Assembly (NCBI GenBank): GCA_040954595.2
Contig: CM082586.2
Span: 4,097,025 to 4,161,024 of the forward strand
Reading direction: 5' to 3'
Source: Balanoglossus misakiensis
Lineage: Eukaryota; Animalia; Hemichordata
Length of the DNA: 64,000 nt
Both the position numbers and the translations under genes were made by a program. Below the pieces are notes generated by a model. The model saw only the letters and a program-made list of their open reading frames with translations, was not told the origin of the DNA and ran no database searches. Of this stretch, positions 1-14,707 are shown in pieces (position 1 is the stretch's first letter; every line of letters begins with the position of its first letter).

Positions 1-64
1 AAGCAAACGATGCACCACTTTATACTTTGCTGCAACTCATCTGAATTTTTGGTCTAATTTTCAG

Positions 65-3000
65 GAATTGTTGAAACTGTTTACGAACTACACCTTCCTG
101 TGGCTGCAAGATATCAACGCCACATTTGAGGAATTCTTGCAAGGGCGTCTGACGCCAAATCCTCGCAGAAATCCGTCCAAACTGGACGCAGCTGCAGGGA
201 TGAGGGAAATTGCCTCGGCCAGGTCAAACAGATCAGTCAACAGTGACAGGTGAGTCAATAAAGTGAATTATCACGCTTAAAATGAATGCTGTATAATTTC
301 TGTACTTATCTTCTCTTCGTCATGAAGCAATCAGACCCACAAACTGAGCTGTAGTAATTAACTGTTTACAGTTAGAAACCATGTTGGCCGATTATTTACA
401 GATGAGTGTTCCAGACAGAAACTGAAAATAACTACTCTTTTCACTTTTCACCCCAATGAATTCATAAAATAAATCTTATGGTTGCACTGCAAGGGATGAT
501 GGGATACTTGTCCATATCATACATGTATTTCATGATCTTGTCATGTAATGTATTTTATACGTTGTGTTTGTACATCTCATGTCTGTTCTCTTCTAACTCA
601 CTGTCAATCTGAAGGTTGCAGACACAGATTAATCACATTAACGTGTTTGGGTAAGTCAACTTGTCAGCCCCCCCCCCCTCCCCATCCAACCCCCACACCA
701 CCACCGCCATTCTTTCATGCACAATTACTGTTTACTCCTATACTGTATGAGAGTCACTCATCTTCAGTCATTCCTTCATATTCTTTATTTTTCAAAAACA
801 TTATTTTTATAAGCTTTTTTCAGTCGTAAATAATTTAAAAATTAATTTTCTGGTCACGTTTTTAACACATTTTTAAAGATGTAAATCATGCAGGTGTTAG
901 TAATGTCATGCACAGGTATTTTATGGTAGTAGTTGTGGTCACAATAATTTTTGAAGTTTTCATTTTTAAATTTGATGCAGAGTTTGGTATAGTATTAAGT
1001 TCGTTTCATCACCATATGGATATTACCATTAAATTTGGGATTTATATTAATGTGAATCATTATAGAAATGTATGTAAAATAACACCAAACACCACAATGT
1101 AATGCATGCATCTGTATTTCAACTAGTCACTAATACACCAACTATTGTATCGACCATATTACAAAATGTTAAGATTTAATAAAAAGTCATTGCAATGCAA
1201 GCTACACATGCAGCAATATGCAGTGAGGGTGGCAATTCACAATGGGAGTTTGGTGACATTTGTCATTGAAATGGTTAATATAATTTCATGATGTCGGTAC
1301 ATGTAGTTGACAGCATTTCCATTATCACCATTGTGGAATATTCCATGCTTTATTTCCATTGCAGAGCGAGTACAGCATCCAACAGCATCGGAGCATCCGG
1401 GTTGATGGGCACGGCCGAGAGATCTTTCCTGACTCCCAAGCGATCCCGAGATTCCAACATCAACGTGCCCACACTGGACATGTTTGATTCGGAAATCGAC
1501 ATCTACAAGGTTGGTGTGCCTGCTGTGTACAGTTAGGTGTTTTTGGTGGGGGAGGGGCAGGCTTACGTGAATAATTCCACTAAATTTCTTAATTGTCATT
1601 TGTTCTATACAGAGTGCAAGGGATGAGATTGCTGATCTCCAGAACTGCCAAGATGTGGGTTGGCTGCGTGTGGATTTGATGCCGATCAAACAAGTCTTGA
1701 CAACCTATGCCAGCAGATGGATGTGGACTTTCACCAAATATTTGTCAGATCAGGTCAGTATCTACCAATGTCATTACAGAATCAAGACTGACTTGGCAAC
1801 TAGCCGTGGTGATATTAAAATATTTGTCATAGTTTCAGTATATAAATATCAAAATTGTACCACTTTTGATTTTTTTAATCACTAGGTGACTGATTTATTG
1901 ACCGACTTGGATAGTTTCCTGAAACACATTGAACCAGAGATTGAAAGCATCACTGGTGAGGAGAGAGACACAGCGTCCTTTATGAAAATGATGAGATTAT
2001 TCAATGAGGTAAGTCTGCATTTCATGTGTTCAGGGAGAACTTCAAACAGGATTGATGACCTGCTAGAAATTAATATATTGGATAAAATGTAAAGATAATC
2101 GTCGATGTGATTTCATTTTGACAGGTGTCTGCAAAACAACAGGAAATGGACGGCAAATTTACAGCCATGAACAGAACAGTGTTGTTGATCAAGAAATACA
2201 AACAAGAACTTCCCGAGAGCACACAACATCTGTTTGACGCAGCGCCTGGTCGTTGGAATAATCTGAAAACCAAAGTGTCTCTGGCCAAACAGAGACTGGG
2301 TCCAAGAATTCAAGAGGAGGCTGATAGAATCACTAGGGTAGGTTGTGTTCTATTTCAGCTGATGTGTTTTGTGCATGGGTAATCACCGGACAATGGTCAC
2401 ACAAGTATAGAGTCTCAGCAATACATACAAAATTAGAATTATCTATTAATTTTATGAATTTTTATTTTTTGATAGGACCTAGCGGCTTTCGGTGAGAGAG
2501 TCGATGCCTTCAATCAAGAATTGTCTGCATCCGAGATCTACACCCGAGAATGCAGCATCGAACAGGCCTATGAGTTGATTGGCGATTTCACCAAGAGATT
2601 AGATGAACTTGACAGTGAAGCTCAGGTACGTCTTTCAATCAATTTCAAAATCCAAGGAAATGACAATACAGCTGTAATTTATTTCAGTGCTTATACATCC
2701 TTGATAGTATCACATGCAAATCGTACATACCATAATATCAATGAATGGGTGGATTTTTTCTAAAATAATTGGATATCCCACATGTTTATGTGTGTTTTCA
2801 CATCACAGTAAAGGGCTATAAAAATAAAGTGTGTTTTTTTCATTGAATTATTCATTGTGGATGTTGTAACAGCCAAGGTGTCAGTTCTAAATAACCCTTT
2901 CACCGCTATGGTTCAGTCCAAACCCATTGTATTCTGTGGTAAGGTTGGACCTCTACAGAAGGATCTGGGGGTGTATCTTAACAGTACACTTATCTCACAT

Positions 3001-6000
3001 GAGAAAGACACGTATACACACATAATTCTCAAGTCTTTCGTTCTCCTAATACATTTCTCTTTGAAACTCAGTGAGAACTGACACCTTAGCTAATATTTTG
3101 TATCTTTCCCCCTCCAACCACTCTAAGTAATAACGCATTAATCTCCACTTTCTCTTTTGTGTCTCTGTCTCCATACATGTTGCTGTGTTATCTGACTGCA
3201 TGGCCCTGCATGCACTTCTGTGTATATGTGTTTCTACACTAGAGTTTTCAGTGGTTTGTAAGTGTAACTTTAAAAATGCCTACTTGTAATCTCCTACTAG
3301 TATCGGCTCCAGTTTTCATTTGAGTTCTTTAAAATGTCACCAAGCAAAGTTAATGAACTTAACACAGCATTCATGAACACTGTGTTTTTGCTAAGGCTAA
3401 GGAACACTGATAAATGACTTGGGAACCCCAGTAAAGCTCTTGCTATTGACTAATATGACTGCATTGATATACCAAGGGGAGCCCCGGTAAAATGACTGGA
3501 CTCATATAGTACCTACTCATATAGTACATAAAACATTACAAAACAGCGTTTGGTATAAGGGATTCTAAGCTTTAATAAGGGTCTAACTTCTAACATACCA
3601 GTCATGTAGAGTCTATGTAATCCACATACATGTAGTACACAAGTGTTTACAATATAGGTATGAAAAAAGCATCAACCATTTTCATATCAGTGATTTACTA
3701 ACAACACTAGATTTCATTTTCAGGTACATAAACTAGCCAAGATCACAGTGATATTACTACCATTATTGCTGTACTGTCTCACTTTTGATGTCTGCGTATC
3801 TTTTTCTCAAACTGACACTTTTTTCTCGACATCCATCCTAACTGCATCATTCTATTACTTTTTTATACTTCTTGTATAAAAGGGCTTTGTTGATTTGATT
3901 GTCACCTCGGTAGGACTCCTTTCACCTCTTGTGACTATTTGCATGTCTAAGACTTTCTTCAATTTTGTCTTTTTTTTCTTCTAAGTCTTGGTATTGTGTC
4001 TTGTCTGTGTGGAATTTTGAAAAAGTCACATCCAAAATTTAATTTAGTTTTACAGTTTTTTTTAATTAAAAAAGTAAATGCATGAATTTTTTTCCTTCGT
4101 TTTTGCACATTTTGGAGAACAATATGAGATACATGTATCTCAAGATTATGATGATCTATCTTATCCCCTAAGACATGCATTTTAGAATACTCGAGTTTTT
4201 TTGGCAATTCCACTTTCATGGAGATAGAGGTGATATATTCAAAGATATGATCGTTTCATGTTGAAACTAACTATGGCTGTTCCCATTTTTAGGATTTGAT
4301 TGAATTGCAAGAACTGTTGGAAACCGCAGTGGTCAACTTCACCATCATACCAGAGTAAGTGTCAGGTTAACTAGGGACTTTGGAGTAATGGTGAATAGAG
4401 TTTTCTGTGAATATACATCAAATTGAGATCGTTGGTTGCTACAAAGTGTGCCATGAATATTATTGTTGCTTTAAAATATTTTCACAACATGACTGACATT
4501 AATTTGTAGATGCAGACATGAACTGAAGAATTTGAAACAAGTCTGGGAAACTGTCAGGTAAGTTTACAGTAAATACCTTTATTTATTATTTGTTTATGTC
4601 AGTTGTAGTAATCCATAACTTGGTATGTGAGTCGACTTGGTATGTGAGGAAATTGAAAGATTCAATGCAGTTACGAGTGGATTATTAGAGGTAGATATTT
4701 TGTGCATTAAATTTGATTTTTCCAAATTTTGGTGTATTTACTACGCTGATCAATTTTTTTGATTTGTCAGATTGGTCGAGGAACAACAAAACGAATGGAA
4801 GAGAGAACGTTGGCAGAAAATGAACACCAAGTATCTGCGTGAAGCCACAAACGATCAGCTGGAAATGGTCAACGGTTTGTCTGAAGAAGTTCAACTCTGG
4901 GACGTCTACCTTGGCATGCAGGACTCCATTCTTGTCATACAGGTAAACGTGAAACTGAATTATGAATGGTAGTTGAAACTAGCATTCCGTGCAGTCCTTT
5001 GACCCTTTCACCCCCATTTTCCTGTACAAAGGTCCAGCATTGCTTTTGAAAGCAATGGAGTTGGACCAAACCATGGTGTTGAAAAGGGTTAAAGAGACAT
5101 TGGAAGGAAAGAATTCTGACTCATCATTTCTTTGGGGTTACATGTTTATTTACTAAATTATTTCAAAGGCTAAACAAAACAAGAAAAACATTTCTTTGCA
5201 AAATCACATAAATTGTTATTCATGCAATGTACTTCTAAATATCTAAATGTATAATTGTTTATAATTTTAAAGAACGATTTGAAGAAAATTGTACGTGTGT
5301 TACATTTATTTATTTGTTTATTTATTTTTATTTGTTTTTTTTTTTACAGGCATGTCTCCCATTGATTGATGATCTGAGTAATCCAGCCATGAGACCGAGA
5401 CATTGGAAACAGTTGGTCAGAGTGATTGGTGTCATGCTACAAATTGACAATGATAGTCTGAATCGAATGACACTGGGTCAGTTATTGCAGCTTGGACTAC
5501 ACAGTAAGTATATACTTGGATGTTGGGATGAGTGGGTAGGTTGGACCCTGAATTGACTTGGTAGAAGAGAAAACTGAATAGTCTTTGCATTTCTATGGAA
5601 TGTGATAAACTGTACATGTCCTTGTTATAGACTTCTAGAATCCATGACATCTAAGAACAATTAATGTTTGATTGACAGATCATGTAGATGAAGTGAGGTC
5701 GATAGTCCACCGTGCAGTCAAGGACGTCGCCATTGAGAGTGCCCTCAGAACTTATGAAGAAATCTGGCTCAGCAAAATCTTTGAGCTTCGTGCGCACGTG
5801 CGGAGTGCTGTTCCGGTTGAGGGACCACCTGCGGAGGTAAGATGAAAATTATTAGATGCTTGCGTCTAATTATAACATGGCAGTGATAATACATTTGATA
5901 ATGACTGCCATTTTGGGGGATTTTTTTTTAATTTGTCCACTAAACCTGATCGAATGTCCATCTCCTGAATTATTAGGATACGGCCACCAAGAGTGAAATG

Positions 6001-6147
6001 AGTGACTCGGACATGGACAAAGACAAGAGTCGGGCCAACGTGAGCAGACGAACGCAGAGTCGCATGTCCAGTGTGACAGGAGGACAGAGTCGAAACAGAA
6101 GAACAAGCGTCTCTTCTCTGCCGGCATCTTTGTTGAATCTCGGAGAT
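65..6147 (+). CDS. Dynein HC exons 1-12: tail and start of DHC_N2 region
   Basis: Exons 65-249, 1365-1509, 1613-1753, 1886-2008, 2125-2337, 2476-2625, 4293-4354, 4510-4557, 4771-4942, 5350-5503, 5679-5836, 5977-6147. Motifs GWLRVDLMPIKQVLTTYASRW and CLPLIDDLSNPAMRPRHWKQL are typical of outer-arm beta-type DHC tails. Confidence 0.88.
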
Positions 6148-9100
6148 GTAAGTTTTGTCTGGTCTTTCTCTCTGATGGCACTCAACTCACAGTAAAACCT
6201 CTATTGAATCAAACACATGGTCAAACATCTATTAAATTGAACATACTGTAAAACCCCTATTAATGCATTCTCTTTCAGCGACAGTGGCAGTGTTTTAATA
6301 CATAGTGTGTTCTAATTGCAACATGCAGCTACAATCGGGCATCGATAAGCTGTTCATGTATACCTATCAGTAAGCTTATTTAGATGGACCAATTTACGTT
6401 GGAAATTAAAATCATGTAATAATGCAAAAAGTGGCAGTTCTAGGGTCTTTAATGTATCATTCTGTTGTTTTGTTTTCAATATTTTACATTCAATGACCAG
6501 GTGTTGAAGGTTTTATTTCTTCCTATATAGACCCACACAATAACATGGGATCATTATCGCACAATGGAGATGGATAAACTTGTTTGTTGGTTCTTTAATT
6601 CATTGCTAATATGCGTTACCTTTCTCCATGTTTTCTTTTCTCCCTGACTGACCTCTGACCTCTACAGCTAAATGTCCTTAATGTAAGTAAAGATGGTGGC
6701 ATGACTATCGCAATAATGTCATGTTTTAATGGCTTTTTGGTCACAAATCGTAAAATGTGCTCTTGTAGTTGTACAATCCTCCCATGCATGCTGCACCCAC
6801 TTCCTGTTCACCTTTGACCTCTGCCAATTCAAACCAAGTAGTCAGGGCAACTACACACAAAAGTGTCCATATTTAATTTTTTTTTCTGCACGAGTCAGTA
6901 GTGTTTAAAGTAATGTCAGTTTTCTAATAATGTCAAAACTTATTAAAATCAAATATTCAATTTTACTTAAAAAAAGAGAATATTGGATAGAATTTAGAGA
7001 TGGTTTGAATATACAGAAGTTTTGAGATGGGCAGTATGTCCTCACATAGCTAGAATTCCTGCATAACTTCGTACACAAATCTTCGTCTAGAGCAAAAGCA
7101 TTCTGTTTATTTGCCTATCACTTGTTCCCCAGTCTTTTCCAGCCATAATGACTTTAAAAATATATTCTTCTAACTAAGCCATCAAAACTACTACTTCTAA
7201 AATCTAGCCACCACGAATTTTAAGAGAAGCACTTTTTAAAATACATGTAGTACCATTTTGCTCAAATGAAAACTGTGATAGTGCATTCTCAATAGTTAAT
7301 TCTCAATAGTGTCTTCTATCGTAAGAACGATTAAATCGTTCCTATGTCATTTCTGTGACTACTTTTCCAGCAAAATACTTGACAAAGATTCTCACTCATC
7401 TTTCTGACGTTAGTTAGATCTCAAATATTGACTCTTATTTTCCACAGTGAAAAAACTATACTCATTGTATTATGTTCCTTTAGTTAGTCTTTTTATATAA
7501 ATACAATGGATCCTTGCTAAGATGCGATCTCTATAAGTTGACTTATGACTTAATGAGGGCCCAGTGTATTCACTTTCATAAATCTTGCACACTGCTTTCA
7601 GTAAATACAACTTGAGTAATTTGACATGTGAAGTGTCTTCAATATGGCACAATGCATAGTGTAATTTAAATATATTATTGCAAAATTGTAAATGTGTGCT
7701 GCACCGTTGCCTCTTTATCGCTGCAGTAAAATCCCATTTTTTGGAAAATACAGTGAAATGTTGTCTATACATGTCTATACATGATTCCTGGGATAAATGT
7801 GCAGAGATATTTCACTGTATTTTTCCACACAGTTCCATTCACTCACCACATAGTTATTTTTTTGCAAATTTATTTTAATTTTAATTCAGACAAGATCACC
7901 AGTAGGTGTGCTGCGGAATAAAACATTGCATGTAGGTTGTGGTTCAAGTAATTACGCATAAATACTGCTCACATCACAGAATTTGACAACACCATGTTTA
8001 TTGCTGTCGCACACAAGTACATGCACTTTAAATGTATAGTTGTAATTTTATAATGGTACCTTAGCTGTAACTTTTGCTATGTTTTCAGTCTTTTTGTTAC
8101 GGCTGATTTCCCTGTATTTTTACACCTCACAAGCCATTTTATTTCACATGCCTTTCCACCAGCACACACGTGTAGGATCAGCAACCACTTGATTTAAGAT
8201 CACAGCCTGCAGACAGCCAGGTTTTGCCAAGCACACACTCTGCATTTATAAGATCCAACATGTCCGATGCACAGGATTGGACCAACATTTCCTTCACAAG
8301 TCAAACATTGTCATCTTATTCCTTGCACTGTGCACAAATTTTAACCCCAAGTGAAAGTGCTTTTGGAAAAAACAACAACACACATTCAAGAAAACTCAAA
8401 ATGTCAACAGTTCTACTACTACTTGTAGTATTATATTGCTAGATCAATCAGCAGTTACATTCTATGAAATATTACTCGAATTTCGTTATAGTAAATAATT
8501 AAAATAACACTAAAATCTATGAAAATCGTTCTTTCAGACTGTAGAATTTTTAGCTGGAAATGTTGTAAAATTTCTGCTGCATTCTGCGCTGTGTAATGCT
8601 CTTTCTGTGGCTGGCTCAGTTATTCTGAGCACTGACTTTCTTTGCTGTAGGACAAATCCCAACAGATACTCTTCTATTTGGTCATAATCTTCTCAGAATG
8701 GGTAGTGGCCCAGGCTATAGTTTCGTGGCCAGCAGCTAAGTGGCTTGCTGGTAACTGGCAAGTAGCGTAGTGAAAAGCAACTTTGTCAACCGTGGCTTAT
8801 AAGTTGCGAGCATCTTCAAGACCTGCAGCTGAGTAGCAGCTGGCTAACAGTTTAAAGAAAGATAAGGGAGAAAGAGAAACTAGCTTGCTCTATGCTCAAA
8901 TCTGTCAAGGTGTTAAGTTTTTATTAGGTCGTTCTTGAAATGATTGGGTGTTCGTCACATAAAGGTATCAAATCTATTTGACCATGTTTTTGAAACCTCT
9001 TCAGGAGACTGGCGGATTATTTCTCCTCCACGACACGGAGCCTGTCTTTGAGGAACTGGAAGCTCACCAGGTGTCCCTGCAAGCCATGCAGAACAGCAGC

Positions 9101-12100
9101 GTGGCCGGCTCCTTCCTGGATGAGGTCATCAAGTGGCAGAAACGCCTACAGACCATCGAAGCTGTCCTCTCCGTCTGGTTGGATGTGCAAGACAAGTGGG
9201 TGGAGTTGGAAGAGGTAGGTCAGAGAGAAATTTTTGCGCATCTCAGCTGAGCACCTTTGGCTGGTTGGAGAAGTTTTATTTTAATCATAAAGAGAGATAT
9301 GTTTCGCCATCTTTGTTCCACACATTTTGTATATTGTTCCAAGCAACCATTTGAGGCATGTTAGAACTACTCCATACTAATCTGGGGAAAAGTGAACCAG
9401 TCATTCACTATCATTCCTCTTAATTTGTCTGTAGGTATTCTCGGGTGCTGATGTCAGAACCACTCTGTCGCAAGAAGCTAAACTTTTCAATTCTGCCAAT
9501 CGAGACTTCCGTTTGTTGATGAGAGCCACGGAGAAAAATCCAAATGTCTTGCAGTGCTGCCAGAGGAAAGGTAAATTGTCAACCAGGCAGTGATTACCCT
9601 GGAAACAATATGTTATATTTATATGTTGCATGATTTGATATTGTTGCATTATTTGATACGAAACCATTCATTTGATTTCCCCTCTGCCAGGAATACTTGT
9701 TGCCTTGGAAAAGATGAACACACACCTGGAACAGTGCTGGAAGAGTCTGCTGCACCATCTGGAAAGAAGACGGCAGAAGTTTCCCCGATTTTACTTCCTT
9801 TCCCTGGAAGATGTTCTACATATCATCTGCAATGGTGTGTACATGCAGTCTTAGTTGTAGCACCTATCAATGTGTGAGAACACAGGCATAGTTCTAGTGT
9901 TTTGAATTTTAGTAATGGCCTGATTTGATATGGTTTCTTGTAGTTTACTGCATATAGAAAGTTAGATCAAAACATAAAACAGCATCCACTGTACACAAGT
10001 CAGTTTTAGCTTATAACTCAGTCTTTTCTGATACATGTTCTCTCAGGTTACGATGTTGGACAAGCCAACCTATACTTACCCAAACTGTTTGAAAACCTTG
10101 GTAAATTGGAATATGAAGACACTGTGAGTGAAGCCAATGACAGTGGGGTACAGATTACCAGTGTTATCAGCAACATGGGAGAGAAACTGCCGCTCAAACA
10201 GGTAAACTTATATCATTTGGTGGTAGCTGGTATTGAATAGTGGCAGTGTTTATGCTGGAGGGCCTAGGGTCACACCCCTTCTAGGTGTCTCACCGTCTGA
10301 TTCATTGGTACATGTGAAGTTGTGACTGAAATACGGATAACAAGTTAATGATAAGTGATGTTCTGAACTGGATTAAGACGAGAGTTTTAAAAATATACGA
10401 GAAAAGAAAAAAAATGGCATGAAATATGGCAAACTGTAAGGATAAAAACATGCTTTTCAAATGCTAGCATTTTACGAGAACTTAAAATGGAAACATTCGA
10501 TCAGGCAAAGGCTCAAAAAAATGAATTTGTTCTCACATTGATTCAACACAGCCTTTGATGTTACTTTTGATGCTTTGTTTCAAATCATTCCAGGTCGTTC
10601 CCTGCGACGGGCACATAGAGAACTGGCTCTCCGTGCTGCTTCCGATCATCAGAGCCAGCATCCAGCAACAGGTTGCTTCAGCGCTGGGTCAGGATGTGGG
10701 AGATGTCACGCAGCCTGGTCGACCGGACAGAGAGATTCACAGCGCGGGGGCGAGGAAAGTGACAGTGTCCAGGGAAGAAAGAAAAGGTTAGTGTCTGATG
10801 ATAGTGTTACAGTCAAACCTGTGTTAGTGGCCACCTCTATTTAGTGGCCACTTCTTTGTTATAGTCCCTGTGCAATTCACATGTACATTGATTGACCTGT
10901 TTATAGAGGCCAGTTCAGGGGAAGTCTGTGTGTGTGGATTGTGAAACTTTGTTAGATGCTGAAGAAATGTAATTTGTACACCTGAGTTCATGTGCTGAAC
11001 AAATTATAATGAAGATGCATTTTCCATAATTTATTCGGCCTCCGCTTTGATTCATTCCATAATTGTATGATTGCAGGAAGCAGCAGGGCCGGAAGTCGTC
11101 TGGGAAGTCGGAAAAGCAAACGTGCCGGCTCGAAAACACCTGGTGAAGACGGCCATGCGAAAGAACAGAGCAGCCAGAAATCCTGGATGTTGGATCACGT
11201 GACCGAGGTGGTGTACCTAGCAACGCAGATAGACTTGACGACGCAGACGGAACGATGTCTGAAAGCCGTTGATGGAGGTGAACGAGATGCCATGCAGGTT
11301 AGTTATAGTTACACTATACTTTGGATTTTAGATGGTAGGGACTTTCTAAGGTATGACATGTTTTTTGAAGAGAGAGTAATTGTCACGAATGATCCATGTT
11401 TGTTGAAATTTCATTGTGCAATGCGTGTGACTGTTTCAGGAAACAATGGCCAAAGTGAACAAGAGTATAGAAGCAGCGGTTGTGATGTTGAAGGGACTCG
11501 AAGACGAGAAAGAAAGAAGAGCTAGACGAGAAAAAGAGAAGAAAAAGGAAAGAGATAGTGAGTATGCACCTTCTGTTGGAAATTTATAATTTCGTTTTCT
11601 ATCTGAGTTCCCTTGGTTCTAAGAGAGTGGATGTCATTCAGAATGAATGAAATTTGAGTAACACAGCGACAAGATAACACTACAAGAAATCTTAAACTCT
11701 TTAGGTGTTTCTACAAAAGAGGAGAGTATTCCTGCAAAGGAAGATAGTCGTAGTCTGAGTGAGACTATTTCCCAGACGGGGAGACATAGTTCACAGCAGT
11801 CCTTCAAGGGGTCCCATCTTAGCCTAACGGAACAACCACCAATTGTTGAAGAAGGCAGCGTTATCACTGAAAAAACTGAACCCACAGCTGATGGTAAGAA
11901 ATATTTGTGTGATGGTTTATTTCACTCTCAGAATTTGAACAGACCATAATAAACACATTACAATGTACCACACTGCATAACACATCTATAGAAATATTTG
12001 TGTGATGGTTTATTTCACTCGCAGAATTTGAATAGACCACAATAAACACACTACCACACTGCATAACACATCTGTAGACATATTTGTACCATTAACCGAT

Positions 12101-14647
12101 GTTTTGATTTGAAATCGACAGAAGTGGAACCCAAGACCCCGGAAGCCGTGGACACCATGAAAGTGGTCCTGCCACCGGAACGGCCGAAGGTCAAAGTGGA
12201 AGTGGAAGAAGCCATCGACAAGTCGGAATTGAAACTGATGCTGTTCCCCAGCCAGATCCAGAAGATCAGCAATCTGATCGCGTTGCTGGCCCACCAGAGA
12301 GACGTGATGAGGCGCTTTGTGGAGACCGTGGAGAGTGGTTCCGGGAAAAGCGGTCTTCTGGAAAGTTTTGATTGGAAAGCTCAGCTGCAGTACCAGTGGA
12401 ATGAATCTAACATGGGCATTAACATCAAGGTAGGCCTTTTGTGGAGAATTTTTCTGTCAGTCGTAAAAATAATTTGACCTGATAGGCAGTCTTTGACCTG
12501 TGCCCTCTAACATACATAATTTTTAAAAGCTTTGAGTTAATTCAAGGATTTCTAAAAAAAATTCTCTGAGTCAGCCCTATACCTTTGCATGAAGTGTGGA
12601 TAATTGCAGCCAAAGTGAAAATTATTCTGGACAAATTACAAACAAATTTCTCCGTTTTCTCTTTCAGATCATGGATTCTGAGTTTGACTATGGTTACGAG
12701 TACATGGGCTCGGCCAACAGAGCCGTCGTCACACCTATGACTGAGAGAGTCTTTGTCAGCCTCACACAGGCTATCAAAGCCAATATGGCTGGGCTTTGTG
12801 TCAGTCCTAACGTGAGTTCCATCAATAGTTTCTAGTGCATTGTCAAGTGTGTGGTCTTTGAATTTATAGGCCTTTAGTATAATATCTTGCTGGTCACTAA
12901 GTTAGAGAATATTATTAATTTTCTATCCATGTTGCTTAGATCTGATATGTGTGATGATATGGTTCAATTCAATTCAATTTATTACCCTTGTTGAGAAGTA
13001 TTTACATAGCTCGTGAGTAAAAAGAGATTGCATGAAAGGGTAATTGGGAACAGAAAATAGCAAGTGCTAGTCAAGTCTGTTCCCATTCCTCTGTACATTG
13101 CAGTATAAAAAATACAATGTAGTTACATTTCTATTTGAGGGCAGTGTATCTCTTAGAGAAAAGCAACATTAGGCATGTACAATGTAAAGACAATTATGTA
13201 CATGTACTTGGTTCATGGTCCAACTGATCTTGGATTTTTTGGGGGTTGTCTTAACCAGCCAGTTATTAAAGGGTTTAAATCTTGTGTATTTTCAGTGGTG
13301 TGGAAGTCGAGAGACTATACAGGAATTAAGCATCTCTCTGGGCAAACCAGTCTACATGTTCAACTGCAGTAAAACATTGGATTCATTCATGCTGGGAGAT
13401 GTCTTCAAAGGACTAGCATCCACAGGTCTGTATTTGATGTTTGTTTAAAGAATTTGTTGTGAATTTATCGCCATGTCACTAGACTATATACAACACAGCA
13501 AAGTGCAATGATCTGATCTATATGTTGCTTTCATCTACTTCTTTTAGGCGCCTGGATTTGTCTCAGCAACATCGACTACATCAAACCGGATGTCCTCAGC
13601 ATCTGCGCCCAGCTACTGCAGACCATCTTGGACAGTCTGAGATCCGGCAAGACCAGCGTCTCCATCCAGTCGGACGACGTGACGCTGAACCCGCAGGCCG
13701 CGTGTTTTGCCACCATGGACAGCGCCATCAATCTGGCCCACAACGATCCGGAGAAACACCTGTTATTCGACTCGTCGGTCTCCAAGTTACCGTCGAGTTT
13801 AATCCGATCATTCCGGGTCATCTCCGTGACGAATCCGGACCTCAGAGTGGCCGTTGAAGTCATGCTGCTTAGCCAAGGTATGTGTGATAAGATTTGTGTA
13901 TCAACCTGTTATTAAAATGAAAGAATCAGTTCTTCCTTTTTCTGTTTAAAACACAATGACCGTTGTTGTGTTGACTTTGCCCATACTAGTATTAGATGAA
14001 AGAGCATACCAGGGGAAGCCCATGAAATGATCAAACCACTTTTGTTTTATTGGATGACATTTCCTAAATTGCAAATTTTTATTTCCACTCTTACAGGTTT
14101 TCTGTCAGCGACAGAGTTGTCATACAAAGTAGTGGCACTGCAAGAAATGGCATCGAACTTACTGTCAACCCTGCCACCGATAGCAAAGAAACATTCCAGT
14201 AAGTCACCCTGACAAACATAATTTTAACGCTTTTAGTCAAAAAGTACACCCCAAACAGCCATTTGAAGACTTAGACATGCCTCTTTAACCATATACGGAC
14301 ATAATGTAAATTATCAATGATTGTATGTCTTTAAAAGACGCCTTGTGTTTCTTTTTCTATTTTCAGCATACAACCCGACCATGTCCCAGGGCTGGAGTTT
14401 ACAGACATTGCAATCCATAATACAGGAAGCCGGATCAATCCTGGATGAAATGCTGACAGTGGCTATCACAGAGGAACTCATGGAAGAAACCTGTAAGTCA
14501 CGTTAAATGAATCCAACTGTGAAACTTCACAAGTCTTTTGTTTTTCCTGTGTGAATTTTGGTAAATATTATGTATCATGTGTTGAGAATATTTAGTGTAA
14601 CTGTAATTTGCTTGCTGTTTCCTGAATAATTCAAACCAGTATGTCTG

Positions 14648-14707
<60 letters not shown>

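Noticed and set aside
8651-8701. Possible 51-nt in-frame cassette exon
   Set aside because: Weak donor (GTAGTG) and an intron-like hydrophobic translation.
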